A DNA stretch of 64,000 bases from an uncultured Candidatus Saccharibacteria bacterium (GTDB taxonomy: Bacteria > Patescibacteriota > Saccharimonadia > Saccharimonadales > 2-12-FULL-41-12), in contig CAZNIK010000002.1 of NCBI GenBank assembly GCA_964573095.1, positions 199,230 through 263,229 of the forward strand, given 5' to 3'. Below, one piece after another: positions 63,227 to 64,000 of this stretch. The position numbers and the translations under genes are program-made. How positions within the stretch are numbered: the first letter of the stretch is position 1; each line of letters opens with the position of its first letter. The notes under the pieces were generated by a model that searched no databases, was not told the DNA's origin, and saw only the letters and a list, made by a program, of their open reading frames with translations.

Positions 63227-63487
63227 AAGATAAAAATCATACAATAATACTATGAAGTTTGTCAAATAATTAGTTTGTGGCGCTTGCTCTTATTTTGGGT
63301 TGTCCTATAGTAAAATAATAGACAAGTATATGAATAAATATAAAAACCAAAACGGGTTTATTACCATGATCGTAGTGTTGTTACTCATACTGGTGGTGGC
63401 GATCTACTTTGCATATACTCGAGTGCACAATGCACAACAGGGGTAGAGGCATTGACATTCGATATTTAATTGTGCTATAATAAGTGA

Positions 63488-63904
63488 ATGGTCACACGCG
63501 TACCTTATCGAAGTGCTTTGGGGGCTTTTGAGCCAGTAATATTTCCCGAGTTCGACAATGCAAAGGTAGTGGCGAAAATTGATACCGGCGCATATACTGG
63601 CGCACTTCATTGCACAAAAATAGAGGAGAGAAAAGCCGAGGGTGGTTCGCAACTTGTCTTTTCGCCGCTCGAGAGTGACGTTGAAGTAGTGCGCGACGAG
63701 TATGTCACCAAGCACATAAAGAGCTCGAATGGAAAAAGACAAAAAAGACACATCATTTCAACAAAAATAATCATTCAAAACCGAGAATATGAACTGTTCT
63801 TGAGTCTTGCGAACCGGAGCGACATGAAGCACCAAGTACTCATTGGACGCAGTTTTCTTAAGAGAAATCATTTTATTGTTGACCCGCAAATTATTAATCG
63901 ATAA
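63488..63904 (+). CDS. RimK-associated retropepsin-like protease (ATP-dependent zinc protease family, PF05618-like)
   Basis: Contains AKIDTGAYTGALH and VLIGRSFL. It lies directly upstream of rimK. Confidence 0.65.
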   Translation: MVTRVPYRSALGAFEPVIFPEFDNAKVVAKIDTGAYTGALHCTKIEERKAEGGSQLVFSPLESDVEVVRDEYVTKHIKSSNGKRQKRHIISTKIIIQNREYELFLSLANRSDMKHQVLIGRSFLKRNHFIVDPQIINR

Positions 63905-63930
63905 GGTGTGCAGACAGCAGGTACATAACT

Positions 63931-64000
63931 ATGCGCATAGCAATATTATCCAACAGCCCGAAAATTTACTCGACCAAGCGCCTCAAAGAGGAGGCTATTG
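63931..64000 (+). CDS. rimK: ribosomal protein S6 glutamate ligase RimK-like ATP-grasp enzyme, N-terminal fragment (continues beyond the window)
   Basis: MRIAILSNSPKIYSTKRLKEEAI matches the RimK N-terminus pattern. Confidence 0.6.
   Translation, partial: MRIAILSNSPKIYSTKRLKEEAI

Noticed and set aside
63330-63446. 38-codon plus-strand ORF, MNKYKNQNGFITMIVVLLLILVVAIYFAYTRVHNAQQG (single TM, faintly prepilin-like)
   Set aside because: It lacks the conserved Glu5 of type IV pilin signals and has no convincing SD. It is kept only as a note for Ribo-seq or comparative checks.
1-64000. Search for CRISPR arrays, rRNA genes, transposases, integrases and reverse transcriptases
   Set aside because: None of the intergenic gaps I read contains regularly spaced direct repeats. 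No ORF shows DDE, tyrosine/serine recombinase or RT motifs by eye. An automated repeat or HMM scan would be needed for certainty.

Overview
Gene-dense bacterial chromosome segment. My hand counts of 100-nt samples gave about 43-46 % G+C. It uses the standard genetic code and contains no rRNA, CRISPR array, transposase or integrase that I could see. Most of the window is housekeeping: glmS, a polysaccharide and undecaprenyl-phosphate cluster, archaeal-type aspS, two HhH-GPD glycosylases, a murC-like ligase, tilS-ftsH-murJ-lepA, a CIRCE-controlled hrcA-grpE-dnaK-dnaJ operon, and rimK. Interspersed are transporters, small regulators (HxlR, MarR, OmpR/HK) and many short hypothetical secreted or membrane-anchored proteins. 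The overall style (reduced HrcA, a MutY-like protein without an Fe-S cluster, archaeal-type AspRS, many orphan ORFs) would fit a reduced-genome lineage such as Patescibacteria/Saccharibacteria, but I cannot verify that from the sequence alone. Three tRNA genes are present and all carry a CAU anticodon: one initiator-like, one elongator Met-like and one Ile2-like. The clearest accessory region is a roughly 4.2 kb islet (38.1-42.3 kb) abutting the 3' end of the initiator tRNA. It is bounded by direct copies of that tRNA end. It carries an ImmA/IrrE protease and XRE repressor pair, placed divergently from two small orphan ORFs, an m5C methyltransferase and a convergent, overlapping HNH nuclease. 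Other items worth follow-up are: a cobalamin-riboswitch-like leader with a terminator/anti-SD hairpin ahead of an uncharacterised 430-aa zinc-ribbon protein; a stand-alone 26-codon ORF between a consensus promoter and a strong terminator; an AT-rich AlbA_2/HATPase_c_4 gene next to a tRNA; two guanylate-kinase paralogues flanking orphan ORFs; and orphan ORFs inserted into the dnaK operon. All functional calls come from motif recognition by eye. No database search was run.
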